Source of the DNA: Candidatus Magasanikbacteria bacterium RIFCSPHIGHO2_01_FULL_33_34
GTDB taxonomy: Bacteria; Patescibacteriota; Patescibacteriia; Magasanikbacterales; UBA922
Direction of reading: 5' to 3'
DNA length: 64,000 nucleotides
NCBI GenBank assembly: GCA_001782825.1
Contig: MFPS01000008.1
Coordinates: forward strand, 137,012-201,011
In this document: piece by piece, positions 47,842-57,877 of the stretch
Position numbering within the stretch: position 1 is the stretch's first letter
Layout of the letters: each line of letters starts with the position of its first letter
Notes under the pieces: model-generated
Told to the model about the DNA's origin: nothing
What the model saw: only the letters and a program-made list of their open reading frames with translations
The model's database searches: none
Program-made: the position numbers and the translations under genes

Positions 47842-49311
47842 ATGAAAACAAGATTTGCACCGAGTCCGACTGGTTTTTTGCATATTGGTGGGTTCAGAAC
47901 CGCTTTATTTGCTTATTTGTATGCCAAAAAAAATGGTGGCGATTTTTTAATTCGTATAGAAGACACTGATAGAGAGAGATTGGTTGAGGGGGGTATAGAC
48001 AATATTTTAACTTCTATTTATTGGGCTGGTATTGTACCAGATGAAGGAGTACTCATAGAAAATAATCAAGTCATTCAGAAGGGGATCAATGGCCCATATA
48101 TACAATCTGAGAGATTAGATATATACAAAAAATATATTTCCGTATTGCTTGATAAAGGTTACGCTTATCATTGCTTTTGTTCCAAAGATAGATTGGACAA
48201 ACTACGAATTACTCAAGAAAAAAATAAAATGCCACCAGGATATGATGGTTATTGTAAAAATTTATCTTTAGATGAGGTAAAAAAAAAGAAAAATGAAGAA
48301 AAATTTGTAATCAGATTAAATGTTCCACGTAATGAAACTATTGTAGTAAATGATCTTGTGCGTGGGGAAGTAAAATTTGACACCAATCTCATTGATGATC
48401 AAGTTTTGATTAAATCAGATGGATTTCCTACTTATCATTTTGCGGTAGTGGTAGATGATCACTTGATGGGTGTTACAGATGTGATTCGGGGTGAAGAATG
48501 GTTATCATCAACACCAAAAAGTATTATTTTGTACAAATATTTTGGTTGGGAATTGCCAAAGTATGCTCATTTACCATTATTGGTAAATGAACAAAAACTA
48601 AAATTAAGCAAAAGGCATGGGGATGTCTCTGTATTTGATTTTAAAGAAAAAGGATATTTACCAGATAGCCTTGTCAATTTTGTGGCCTTTCTCGGTTGGA
48701 ATCCGGGTGATGAGCGTGAAATATTTAGTTTACGAGAGCTTGAGCAGGAATTTGATTTATCAAAAGTAGGGAAGTCTGCTGCAGTATTCAATATTGATAA
48801 ATTAGATTGGGTAAATGGACAATATATCAAAAAAATGTCTAATACACAACTAGGTCATGCAGTTTTACCTTTTCTAAACAATTCTGGACTTATAAATAGT
48901 ATGGATGTTGATGAGGCACTACTTGTTTCATTGGTAGAGATGTTCAAAGATAGGATGTCAAAATTGTCGGATATAGTAGAATTTTCAGGTTTTATCTTTG
49001 CAAATTTTTTAGAGTATGATCCTAATTTATTGATATGGAAAAAAAGTGATTTGGAGACTACCAAGAAAAACTTAAAGTCTTTATTAGATTATATTGATGA
49101 GTTTGAAGTCAGATATTGGAATACAGATTGGCTACAAGGAAAAATACAAGATTGGATAAAAAATAAAAATTATACAGTTGGCGAAATTCTTTGGCCAATG
49201 CGAGTAGCTCTATCTGGCCAAAAAAATTCACCAGGTCCATTTGAAATTGCCAATATACTGGGCAAAGAAAAAACCATGGAGCGGATTAGATACGCGATAT
49301 CATCTCTGTAA
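47842..49311 (+). CDS. gltX: Glutamyl-tRNA synthetase
   Basis: HIGH-type motif (PSPTGFLHIGG), KLSKRHG (KMSKS). Confidence 0.95.
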   Translation: MKTRFAPSPTGFLHIGGFRTALFAYLYAKKNGGDFLIRIEDTDRERLVEGGIDNILTSIYWAGIVPDEGVLIENNQVIQKGINGPYIQSERLDIYKKYISVLLDKGYAYHCFCSKDRLDKLRITQEKNKMPPGYDGYCKNLSLDEVKKKKNEEKFVIRLNVPRNETIVVNDLVRGEVKFDTNLIDDQVLIKSDGFPTYHFAVVVDDHLMGVTDVIRGEEWLSSTPKSIILYKYFGWELPKYAHLPLLVNEQKLKLSKRHGDVSVFDFKEKGYLPDSLVNFVAFLGWNPGDEREIFSLRELEQEFDLSKVGKSAAVFNIDKLDWVNGQYIKKMSNTQLGHAVLPFLNNSGLINSMDVDEALLVSLVEMFKDRMSKLSDIVEFSGFIFANFLEYDPNLLIWKKSDLETTKKNLKSLLDYIDEFEVRYWNTDWLQGKIQDWIKNKNYTVGEILWPMRVALSGQKNSPGPFEIANILGKEKTMERIRYAISSL

Positions 49312-49365
49312 TTAAATACATTCCACAGCTTATTAATTTGTGTTATACTATAATTATAATAACTG

Positions 49366-50625
49366 TTGTTTATTGACTATAGCATGAAAAAAATAATATT
49401 AATCACAATTTGTATTGTTTTAGGTTTGATAATACAGCCTTATTTTGTCTATTCAGCCGAAGATAATGACACAAATTCAGAAATAGAATTACTAAATGAA
49501 AAGATTGCTGAAAAGAAAAGTAAAATTAAGAAACTTGAAGAAAGTATAGAACAAGTAAAAAAGGATATAAACTCAAAGAGATTAGAGGCAACATCACTCA
49601 AAAATCAAATATACATATTAGACAATAGAACAACTCAAATTGAGCTTGATATTGAAGCCACCAAAGAAAAATTAGATACTCTTACACTAGAAATAAAAGC
49701 ACTTGAATTTAAAATAGATTCAAAAGAAGAAGACATCAGCAAGCAAAAAATAATGCTGGCAGAATTGATCAGAACTATAAACTACGAATCAGATAAAAAT
49801 TATTTAGAAATAATAGCAGCTTATGATAATTTTTCTGATTTTTATAACAGAGTACAATATTTACAAGTAGTTGAAGAAGATTTGGGTAAAAGTGCAAAAA
49901 CATTGCGATTGGCAAAAGTTGATCTTGAAGAAAAAAAAGATATAACAGAAACAAGAAAAAAATCTTATGAAGATCTAAAAATTGAACTTGATGAAAAAAT
50001 GGATAGTTATCAAGAACAAATATTTAATAAAGAAAATTTATTATTTCAAACAAAATCTTCAGAAAACGCCTTCCAAACATTGTTGAATAGCTTAAGAACT
50101 CAGTATCAAGCTATTGAAGCCGAAATCACTAGTGTTGAGAGAGAAGTTAGAAACAAACTAGAAGCTCAAAAAAAGTTTACAAGTGAAAGTGATAAAAATT
50201 TTGATGGACTTTTTTCATGGCCATCACAAAGTAGATATGTGACAGCTTATTTCCATGATCCAGAATATCCATATAGACATGTTTTTGAGCATAATGCTAT
50301 TGATATACGGTCTGGACAGGGGACACCTGTTAGAGCAGCAGCGTCTGGATATATTGGTAAGGCAAGGGTTTGTAGCGCATCTTCATGTTATGCATATATC
50401 ATGCTTTTACATTCTGATAATTTTTCAACCTTATACGGACATCTATCTAAAATCGTTGTTTCAGAAGAACAATTTGTAACAAGAGGGGATATTATTGGGT
50501 ATAGTGGTGGAACACCAGGGACTGTTGGTGCTGGACCATTTGTAACGGGCCCTCATCTACATTTTGAAATTAGAAAAAATGGCATACCAGTTAATCCTTT
50601 GAACTATCTTGTAAAAGATTGGTAG
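49366..50625 (+). CDS. M23-family peptidoglycan endopeptidase with N-terminal coiled coil (EnvC-like)
   Basis: Signal peptide, about 250-aa coiled coil, C-terminal HxxxD...HLHFE M23 motifs. Confidence 0.85.
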   Translation: MFIDYSMKKIILITICIVLGLIIQPYFVYSAEDNDTNSEIELLNEKIAEKKSKIKKLEESIEQVKKDINSKRLEATSLKNQIYILDNRTTQIELDIEATKEKLDTLTLEIKALEFKIDSKEEDISKQKIMLAELIRTINYESDKNYLEIIAAYDNFSDFYNRVQYLQVVEEDLGKSAKTLRLAKVDLEEKKDITETRKKSYEDLKIELDEKMDSYQEQIFNKENLLFQTKSSENAFQTLLNSLRTQYQAIEAEITSVEREVRNKLEAQKKFTSESDKNFDGLFSWPSQSRYVTAYFHDPEYPYRHVFEHNAIDIRSGQGTPVRAAASGYIGKARVCSASSCYAYIMLLHSDNFSTLYGHLSKIVVSEEQFVTRGDIIGYSGGTPGTVGAGPFVTGPHLHFEIRKNGIPVNPLNYLVKDW

Positions 50626-50677
50626 AGTAGGTGTTGCCAATTCACTAGTTTGGGTAAGTTTGTATTATTACTAGACT

Positions 50678-50710
50678 AAAATTATTTTTATAAAAATAAT
50701 TTTTTATTTT
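50678..50710 (+). terminator. AT-rich hairpin terminator after M23 peptidase gene
   Basis: AAAATTATTTTTA/TAAAAATAATTTT inverted repeat followed by T-run. Confidence 0.45.
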
Positions 50711-51019
50711 ATCTTGATCCTTAAAATAAATATGTGTCGCACAATTTATTAAAATATGCACAGAGCGGGCTGGGTGATATATAACGATATATAATATACT
50801 CATACATTGTGTAATAACCCTATATCAAATCATTAATTTACCTACCGACTGACAAAAAAATAATTATTCCCTAGCCATTCAAATAATGCTAGTAAACATT
50901 TATTTAAAAAGATGAACCCTAGTACCCGTATAAAATAAACAGTATATCTGTAGTGTCGCACAATTACATATAAACACACCTCGTAGCTATCTGATGGGGT
51001 AGTAAGTATTATACAAAGC

Positions 51020-51046
51020 AAAAAGCACGGCAAGCCGTGCTTTTTG
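51020..51046. terminator. Orphan terminator-like hairpin (AAAAAGCACGG-CAAG-CCGTGCTTTTT) in a long non-coding region, followed by two more stable hairpins (51046-51075, 51081-51101)
   Basis: Read from sequence; no annotated ORF ends here. Confidence 0.45.
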
Positions 51047-51356
51047 TTCGAGAGTCTAGCCGAAGCTTGACTCTCTAAGTGTAAGCGTACGAGACGCTTA
51101 CAAAAATAATTATATTATAATATATAATTTTATACAAATAATAATTGTGGATAAAATATTATTAATAATTTAATTGTGTAAATATATAGAAAATAAGTAG
51201 TATATATTTGAGCCCAAAGACTTATTATAGAGGACTTGTTCTGGTGTTGTGTATAAATCACATTGTTATACCTGTTTATATATAGTATAATCTAACTGCG
51301 TATAATGCACCTTATGTGAAGTCGTCTTATATACTTAAATTATATACACTATATAT

Positions 51357-52307
51357 ATGTCCAAACAACTACTCCCTTACCTAGATGATTACCTACTCAA
51401 TCTACAAGTGAACAATTACTCCCTTGAAACATTGTACAACTACGAACGTGATTTGATTGTCTTTCAAGATTTTTTGAGAGATGCAAAATTAGAATTCTCC
51501 AAAATTACAAAAAAAGATATTTTAAACTATAAAGCCTATTTAACTTCCACTGATAGAATGACATCTGACAAGCATGCGACCGATACTTTATTATCCCCTT
51601 ACTCGACCAATAGAATGTTGTCCGCACTCAGATCTTATCTCAAGTATATGATAGATATGGACTACCCTACCCCAATACCACCAGATGCTATCAATATGAG
51701 TAAAGTCACGAAAAATAAAGTCCAAGTACCAGAATTGGAAGAAATTATTCAGATCATAGAAGCTTCAACTAAATTTGAAAAAAACAAAAAAGTAGCTCTT
51801 CGAAATAGGGCCTTATTTGAAGTTTTGTTTGCAACTGGACTCAGGATATCTGAGCTAGTGAATTTGAGAATGGATAAAATTGATAATCAGGGACGTATTT
51901 ATGTACTAGGTAAAGGTAAAAAAGAAAGATTTGCCTATTTAACGCCACGCTCAATTAAACACTTAAAACTTTATTTAAAAGTACGCCCGTCTGATTCAGA
52001 TTTTGTATTCGTACCTTTCCAAGGAAAAAATGTAAACGATAAAAAAAATAAAAAAATATCTACTCGTTATATCCAAGAAAGAATCAAAAAATATACTGAA
52101 TTGTTAAGTATAAATGTACCGGTTACCCCGCATATTGTTAGGCATGCTTTTGCGACTTATCTGGCCGAAGATGGCGCCAATCCGGCTGCTATCCAAATAC
52201 TTTTGGGACATGAGTCACTTGATACAACTACACGCTATGTACATGCGTCCGATAGATATGCTGAAAAAACTCATCATGATTTCCATCCATTAAAAGATGA
52301 TGATTAA
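51357..52307 (+). CDS. Tyrosine site-specific recombinase, XerC/XerD family
   Basis: Catalytic residues: R in ATGLRISEL, H-x-x-R in VRHAFATYL, nucleophile Y in TTTRYVHAS; 316 aa. Confidence 0.85.
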   Translation: MSKQLLPYLDDYLLNLQVNNYSLETLYNYERDLIVFQDFLRDAKLEFSKITKKDILNYKAYLTSTDRMTSDKHATDTLLSPYSTNRMLSALRSYLKYMIDMDYPTPIPPDAINMSKVTKNKVQVPELEEIIQIIEASTKFEKNKKVALRNRALFEVLFATGLRISELVNLRMDKIDNQGRIYVLGKGKKERFAYLTPRSIKHLKLYLKVRPSDSDFVFVPFQGKNVNDKKNKKISTRYIQERIKKYTELLSINVPVTPHIVRHAFATYLAEDGANPAAIQILLGHESLDTTTRYVHASDRYAEKTHHDFHPLKDDD

Positions 52308-53321
52308 TTATTTCCAATAAACACGATCTGGATATCGAAGTTCAATATAGTTAAAAGCTTGTCCATTAATTTCTTTATTTACAATATATTTCAATTGATT
52401 TGATTGTGATTCAAATCTCTCCCCCAACCGGACTGTCGCATACCAGCTATTATAGGTCTGTATAGAAGTATCGCCAACTGAATTTAACAATGTAAAGTAA
52501 TTGACTGATTCTGCCAAATCATTATTAAAATAGTTATACCACTCGATTAAACTCATAACAAAATCTGGTTTCAAAATAGTTTCTAAGTCTGATTTATCTT
52601 CCCTTTTATCATAAACCAATGGATAATTTCCTATTTCATTATAAATACGCTTTGAATTTGGTATATGAAATTTATTATTTTTATTTTCAAATGAATCTGT
52701 AGAAGTCGTGATTTCTGTATCCATATACCATTCATCTTCTGACACATTCACTATTGTTTCAACGTAGTGTCCTAACAAATCTACAAAACTATAGGTCTCT
52801 CCATCATCATAAACTATAGTAGATATTTTTTCTTCTAGATCAATTTCAATCACACCCGGAAAAATTTTCTTGATTGAAATATTATTGAGTGAATACTTAT
52901 CAAACATTACATCTCGTATTTCATCAACATCAACAAAAACATAAGCATCACAAGAAAATACAAATATTTTTTTACATCTAATCACATTAAACACCGCTTC
53001 TGTAAATTCATTTTTATCAATACGATTCAAACCTGACACTTTGACTTCCTTGATTTTAAAAAATGGATGGAATGATATAAGACCAAAAAATAAAATAATA
53101 AACAAACTAAGCAACAATATCTCTATCTTTTTTTTAAGGGGTATTCTTTTTTGTCGATTTCTTATTGTTAGGTATTCTCTTTTTTGCGCGTAATCAATTT
53201 TGTGATAAGTATTTTTGTTAGACCAAAATATATCTTTTATTTTTGTTTTAAAAGAATTTCTTTTTTGATTATTTGCTACCCTGTCCCACCTTTTTACTTT
53301 TTTGTACATACTAAAAACCAC
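52308..53321 (-). CDS. Cell-division protein FtsQ/DivIB-like (TM + POTRA domain)
   Basis: Basic cytoplasmic N-term, single TM, POTRA-like IKEVKVSGLNRIDKNEF; division/cell-wall context. Confidence 0.6.
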   Translation of the reverse strand: MVFSMYKKVKRWDRVANNQKRNSFKTKIKDIFWSNKNTYHKIDYAQKREYLTIRNRQKRIPLKKKIEILLLSLFIILFFGLISFHPFFKIKEVKVSGLNRIDKNEFTEAVFNVIRCKKIFVFSCDAYVFVDVDEIRDVMFDKYSLNNISIKKIFPGVIEIDLEEKISTIVYDDGETYSFVDLLGHYVETIVNVSEDEWYMDTEITTSTDSFENKNNKFHIPNSKRIYNEIGNYPLVYDKREDKSDLETILKPDFVMSLIEWYNYFNNDLAESVNYFTLLNSVGDTSIQTYNSWYATVRLGERFESQSNQLKYIVNKEINGQAFNYIELRYPDRVYWK

Positions 53322-54333
53322 GTTTTATTCTACGAATTGACTCCACAAACCAATTTATATAGTATTTGTTTGTTATGGGTAAATCATGACAATGCATCAA
53401 TTCACGCGAATATCCACCAAAACCTTTTTTAAAATGTGTTATGCCATGAAATGGGTGCTTTGGTGAATTTTCTGGCGCAATCCCCCAAAAGTTATAATAC
53501 TTTATTCCTCTTTTTTTTGCTTCACAAATTGCTTCCCATTGTAATAAATAAGATGTAGGCAATTTTTTATTTATATTTAGCGAAGCTCCATGTCTATAAG
53601 CGGCCATTGATCCATAATACATTATTATTGCCGACGAATCTAAGCTGGAATCTGGTAAATAGGCATCAAACAAAAGTGCTTCATTTTTTTCAGAAAATGA
53701 ACTAAATTCATTTGTAATATATTGATCTGAAAATTTAAAAAAATTATGTCTTTGTGCTGTTTTTGTATAAATACTCAAAAAAGTATTTAATTTTTTTGGA
53801 TCATTATTTTTAATTATTTTTACATTTTCACGCATACATCTGCGGATCAAATTTCTATGATTTTTGTTCATACCAGACAAAAGTGTCTCTTCATCGGGTG
53901 TGATATCCAACAACCATGTTCTTTCAGCCAATATATGCATAGGCGCGCTCTTGTAACCCAAACTTTTAAATAATCCCCTATTCTCTGTATTTTCTTCCAA
54001 AAAAGGACTTACTCGCACAAAACTAAATTCTTTTTTTGATTTTGCAAAATCAAAAATAAATTTAGTAAACAATTTTAATGCCTCGGCTTTATTTTTTTCA
54101 GGAAGTATTGGGCCGTATGGTATATACAAAAAATTACCTCTTTTGGCATGTACAGACAAAATTAAAGCGCCTCCAACCAAACTATCATTTTCATAAATAC
54201 CAATTATATAAGGCTTCTCCCCTAGCCTTTTATAAAATTCACCATAATTTAAAGATTGAACAAATAATGTATACGCTTGTTTTTTGTTAAATTCTTCCCA
54301 TTCATTTTGATTTTTTATTTCTGCTATTTGCAT
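53311..54333 (-). CDS. FemAB-family / GNAT-fold peptidyltransferase-like protein (peptidoglycan cross-bridge formation candidate)
   Basis: Size and two-lobed acyltransferase-like pattern; context with murF/ftsQ; weak motif evidence. Confidence 0.4.
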   Translation of the reverse strand: MQIAEIKNQNEWEEFNKKQAYTLFVQSLNYGEFYKRLGEKPYIIGIYENDSLVGGALILSVHAKRGNFLYIPYGPILPEKNKAEALKLFTKFIFDFAKSKKEFSFVRVSPFLEENTENRGLFKSLGYKSAPMHILAERTWLLDITPDEETLLSGMNKNHRNLIRRCMRENVKIIKNNDPKKLNTFLSIYTKTAQRHNFFKFSDQYITNEFSSFSEKNEALLFDAYLPDSSLDSSAIIMYYGSMAAYRHGASLNINKKLPTSYLLQWEAICEAKKRGIKYYNFWGIAPENSPKHPFHGITHFKKGFGGYSRELMHCHDLPITNKYYINWFVESIRRIKRGF

Positions 54334-54334
54334 A

Positions 54335-55576
54335 TTAATATTGATTTATGACCTCTACAATCCTCATGGCATCAGATTTATTAATATTGATATTGGTGGG
54401 TAAATTGACTGATCTATTTGCAAAATCTTCTGCTATTGGACATGAACCTAGTACATAATCTATATTGGTCATATCAATATCTAATGGAGCAACAACTCCT
54501 CTATACCAATTTCCCAAAATTATATTTTGTTTTTTGGCCATATCAATCAATCTATCTGGATCTTTTGTTAAAATATTATATCGCAATGGTATTGATCCAT
54601 CTATTAACAACGGCTTAATTATTTTGTTATTATTTATGTTGTCAGTATATATTTGAGATATGGTTTTCCTATGTTTTGTGATTGTATCCAAATCATTTAA
54701 TTGAACTAATAACAAATCTGCCAAACAATTGGCCATTTTGGCAGGATAAAAATTTATAGCTTGCCCCTTTTTTTCGGCATCATATATAACTCGGCCAGTT
54801 ATATGCAATTTTTTTGATATGGCTAAAATTATTTTCCCCAAAAAGATAGAATATAAAATTTTTCCTTTAAAAAAAACAATATAATGCATGAGGTTTTGCA
54901 CTATATGAATCTTGTCTGGATTTGGAAGTTTATCTATTATATCTTTTGCTTTTTTTGCTAGCTCATCATTATTTGTAATTAATGCGCCACCACGTACACA
55001 AGAAATACATTTATCACTGCCAAAGCTTAAAATTGCCATATCCCCTATTGTACCTAACTTCTTTCCTTCATATTCCACACCAAATGCATGAGCACAATCT
55101 TCAATTAATTTAATATTTTTTTGGTTACAAATTTCCAATATATCACCCATATTAGCTGGATTTCCAAATGTATGTTGAACAATTATTGCTTTTGTTTTGT
55201 TAGTTATCTTTTTGTTCAAATCCGGGATATCAAGATTGAGTGTCTGATCTATATCTACATAAATTGGCTTTGCACCGGATTGTTTAATCGCATTGATGAC
55301 CACTATACAAGTAAATCCTTGGACTATAACTTCATCACCAACTCCAATATTTGATGCCCGAAGACCGACCAATAGAGCTGATCTTGCGCTATCAATTGTG
55401 ATTACATTTTTTACTCCAAAAAAATTTACTAACCAATTTTCCAAAACTTTAATACTTTTGCCATTCACTAATCTTTTATAAAACCACGGCAAAAATAAGT
55501 ACTTCATTGCATAAAGCATATCTTTGAACCTCAAATTTGGCGCAAAACCTGTAAAAAGATATTTTTTAAAAATCAT
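54335..55576 (-). CDS. DegT/DnrJ/EryC1/StrS-family PLP-dependent sugar aminotransferase
   Basis: GDEVIVQGFTCIVVINAI, PLP-Lys region LSFGSDKCISCVRGGALI. Confidence 0.8.
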   Translation of the reverse strand: MIFKKYLFTGFAPNLRFKDMLYAMKYLFLPWFYKRLVNGKSIKVLENWLVNFFGVKNVITIDSARSALLVGLRASNIGVGDEVIVQGFTCIVVINAIKQSGAKPIYVDIDQTLNLDIPDLNKKITNKTKAIIVQHTFGNPANMGDILEICNQKNIKLIEDCAHAFGVEYEGKKLGTIGDMAILSFGSDKCISCVRGGALITNNDELAKKAKDIIDKLPNPDKIHIVQNLMHYIVFFKGKILYSIFLGKIILAISKKLHITGRVIYDAEKKGQAINFYPAKMANCLADLLLVQLNDLDTITKHRKTISQIYTDNINNNKIIKPLLIDGSIPLRYNILTKDPDRLIDMAKKQNIILGNWYRGVVAPLDIDMTNIDYVLGSCPIAEDFANRSVNLPTNININKSDAMRIVEVINQY

Positions 55577-55580
55577 ATAT

Positions 55581-57173
55581 TTATTTTACTTCTTTGATAA
55601 GAATATCTGGGACTCTATTTTCAAGCAAAATTACACTTGGGGTATTCTTATATGATTTTATTATTTCTAGCAATTCATTTGGATCATTTACAATTTTTAT
55701 TGATGTATGAAATTTTTCTCCTACACCGTCAATCAATGCTTCTGCATTATCTTTATCCAAAATTATTAACTCATCCGCTATATAAGCTATTTCTGAACCA
55801 ATTTTAGTATGAACTTCAGTACTCATTGCACCCAATTCTGGTATTCCTCTGGTTACTACAATTCTTTTTTTATTTGAATAACCAGACAAAACATCCAGAC
55901 CAGCGCAAAAGCCATTGTAGTTTGAATTATAAGTATCATCTAATATTATTGCTTCACCATAATTTATAATACTCAATGTATTGTCCGGCAAAACTAATTT
56001 ATTGGTTTGACTTTTAGCCTCTTCAATTGAGATGCCCAAAAAATCTGCAACCAAATAACACGGTACAATATTTTTTGCATTATGAGTTCCGATTACAGGG
56101 GCTGACACACTAATATCTTTGTTATACATTTTTCCAAAAAAATTTATTCCTTGCGCAGTATTATCAAATTCTTTTATCAAAAAATCTGGATTAAATTCTT
56201 CTTCTACACCAAAGGTTACTTTTTTGCATTTCAATTCATGCAAAAATTCTCTACAATATTTATTATCAGAATTCACTACGGCTAAACCATTTTCCGGTAA
56301 TGACCGCAAAAGTTCATATTTGGCCTGCTGTGTCATCTTGATTCCACCAAATAATGCCAAATGTTGCTCTGTAATAGCGGTAAGTACACCAATAGTTGGC
56401 TCAACCATATCACAAATAAGCTCTATCTCCCCGATTTTATAAGCTCCCATTTCAACTACAAATACATCTGCATTGGCAAAATCATTATCTAATATAAACT
56501 TTGCAATGCCAATTTCTGTATTTATATTTTTTGGAGTTTTTATTACTCTGTATTTTTTGCCAATGATTGTGCTCAAAAAGTTTTTTACAGAACTTTTGCC
56601 ATAACTCCCTGTTATGCCAATTACTTTTAAATTTTTATATTTAGATAACTTTAGTTTTGCTTTTTTTATAATAATCTTTTTTATATAAGCAGTCGGAATA
56701 TAAAAGATTGAAACTACCAAACTTATTATCAATAAACGAATACTCATCAGTAGCAATAAACCTATCCATGCACCTGAAGCAAAAAACAATAGCGCTTCTA
56801 CAAGAATAGCGCTAAAAATTATGAGTATAGCTTTTTTTGTAAAAACTGGATGCTTGAGTTTGCCTCGTTTGAGTTGTAAAATATTTATAATAAACTCCAA
56901 ACTAAATATTGTAATTATAGTGTATTTTAGGATCATCAAATCATCTATTGGGGATAAGAAAATAATAATTACAAAAATAGGTCTCCACAAAACAATATAT
57001 TTTTTCCAAAAATCCTTTCCTTTTTTTGTAGACAAAAAATCTTTAATCCTATCCATTCTATATTCTTTCAACTGCAATATATAACAAAAATAATTATAAT
57101 CAACAAAAGCGCTCATTATCCACAAAATTAAAATAATTATGTTTATTAAACTAAACATGTGATACAAATTCAT
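55581..57173 (-). CDS. murF: UDP-MurNAc-tripeptide--D-Ala-D-Ala ligase MurF with about 190-aa N-terminal polytopic membrane domain
   Basis: Mur ligase P-loop ITGSYGKSS followed by MurF-type KNINTEIGIAKFIL; N-terminal region has about 5 hydrophobic helices instead of canonical MurF N-domain. Confidence 0.75.
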   Translation of the reverse strand: MNLYHMFSLINIIILILWIMSAFVDYNYFCYILQLKEYRMDRIKDFLSTKKGKDFWKKYIVLWRPIFVIIIFLSPIDDLMILKYTIITIFSLEFIINILQLKRGKLKHPVFTKKAILIIFSAILVEALLFFASGAWIGLLLLMSIRLLIISLVVSIFYIPTAYIKKIIIKKAKLKLSKYKNLKVIGITGSYGKSSVKNFLSTIIGKKYRVIKTPKNINTEIGIAKFILDNDFANADVFVVEMGAYKIGEIELICDMVEPTIGVLTAITEQHLALFGGIKMTQQAKYELLRSLPENGLAVVNSDNKYCREFLHELKCKKVTFGVEEEFNPDFLIKEFDNTAQGINFFGKMYNKDISVSAPVIGTHNAKNIVPCYLVADFLGISIEEAKSQTNKLVLPDNTLSIINYGEAIILDDTYNSNYNGFCAGLDVLSGYSNKKRIVVTRGIPELGAMSTEVHTKIGSEIAYIADELIILDKDNAEALIDGVGEKFHTSIKIVNDPNELLEIIKSYKNTPSVILLENRVPDILIKEVK

Positions 57174-57876
57174 TAATGACTAATTCTACTTCTTTTATAT
57201 TATGGATATGTAGACCATGTCCACCATTTTTGACAATATGCATAGCCGCTCCGGGTATCATTTTATGTATTCTTTTTCCAAATTTGAGGGGAATATATTT
57301 GTCTTTACTACCCCATAATACTAAAGTTGGTACTTCAATTTTTGATAATAAATGACTTTTGTTATCCCTAACAATTTTTTTAAAAATTTCTCTTTTTACA
57401 CCACTTGAATCTCTATAATCATTTGAACCAACAATCCTATATAAAACTTTTTTTGCCAATACATCAAATTTTTCAATCACTGGCAATTTGAAAAATATTT
57501 TTCCAAACTTGGCCAAGCTATTTAACATTATTCGTCTAATAGCAAACTTTGGTCTAATAACTGCTGCTCCTGATAATATTAAAGCATCTACAATATCAAC
57601 TTCAGTAGCCAATAGAGAGGTTGCAATTTGACCACCAAAGGAATGTCCCAACAATACAGTCTTGCCAGTATAATTTAATTTATTAATTTGTTCTTTCACG
57701 TATTTAACATATTCATCTATTCCCCATACTTCTGTCGGACAAGGTGTAGAACCAAAACAAGGCAATTCAATCACCTGTATATTATCAAAATTCTTTCCTA
57801 CGACAGATATAAAATCTCGCCATGTTTCATGACTACCTCCCCAACCCGGTAATATTATCAAATTAATTTGATTCAT
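57151..57876 (-). CDS. Alpha/beta-fold hydrolase
   Basis: Nucleophile elbow GHSFGG, C-terminal His. Confidence 0.7.
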   Translation of the reverse strand: MNQINLIILPGWGGSHETWRDFISVVGKNFDNIQVIELPCFGSTPCPTEVWGIDEYVKYVKEQINKLNYTGKTVLLGHSFGGQIATSLLATEVDIVDALILSGAAVIRPKFAIRRIMLNSLAKFGKIFFKLPVIEKFDVLAKKVLYRIVGSNDYRDSSGVKREIFKKIVRDNKSHLLSKIEVPTLVLWGSKDKYIPLKFGKRIHKMIPGAAMHIVKNGGHGLHIHNIKEVELVINEFVSHV

Positions 57877-57877
57877 T

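Noticed and set aside
50842-51033. 63-aa minus-strand ORF in the long intergenic region
   Set aside because: No RBS or promoter, hydrophobic low-complexity; region better explained as non-coding
50700-51110. Possible tmRNA / RNase P RNA / SRP RNA in the 730-bp gap
   Set aside because: Could not find T-loop GGTTCGA, a 5' GGGG / 3' CCACCA pairing, a tag-peptide ORF ending AA-stop, or P4/GNRA signatures by eye; left as an open finding rather than a feature
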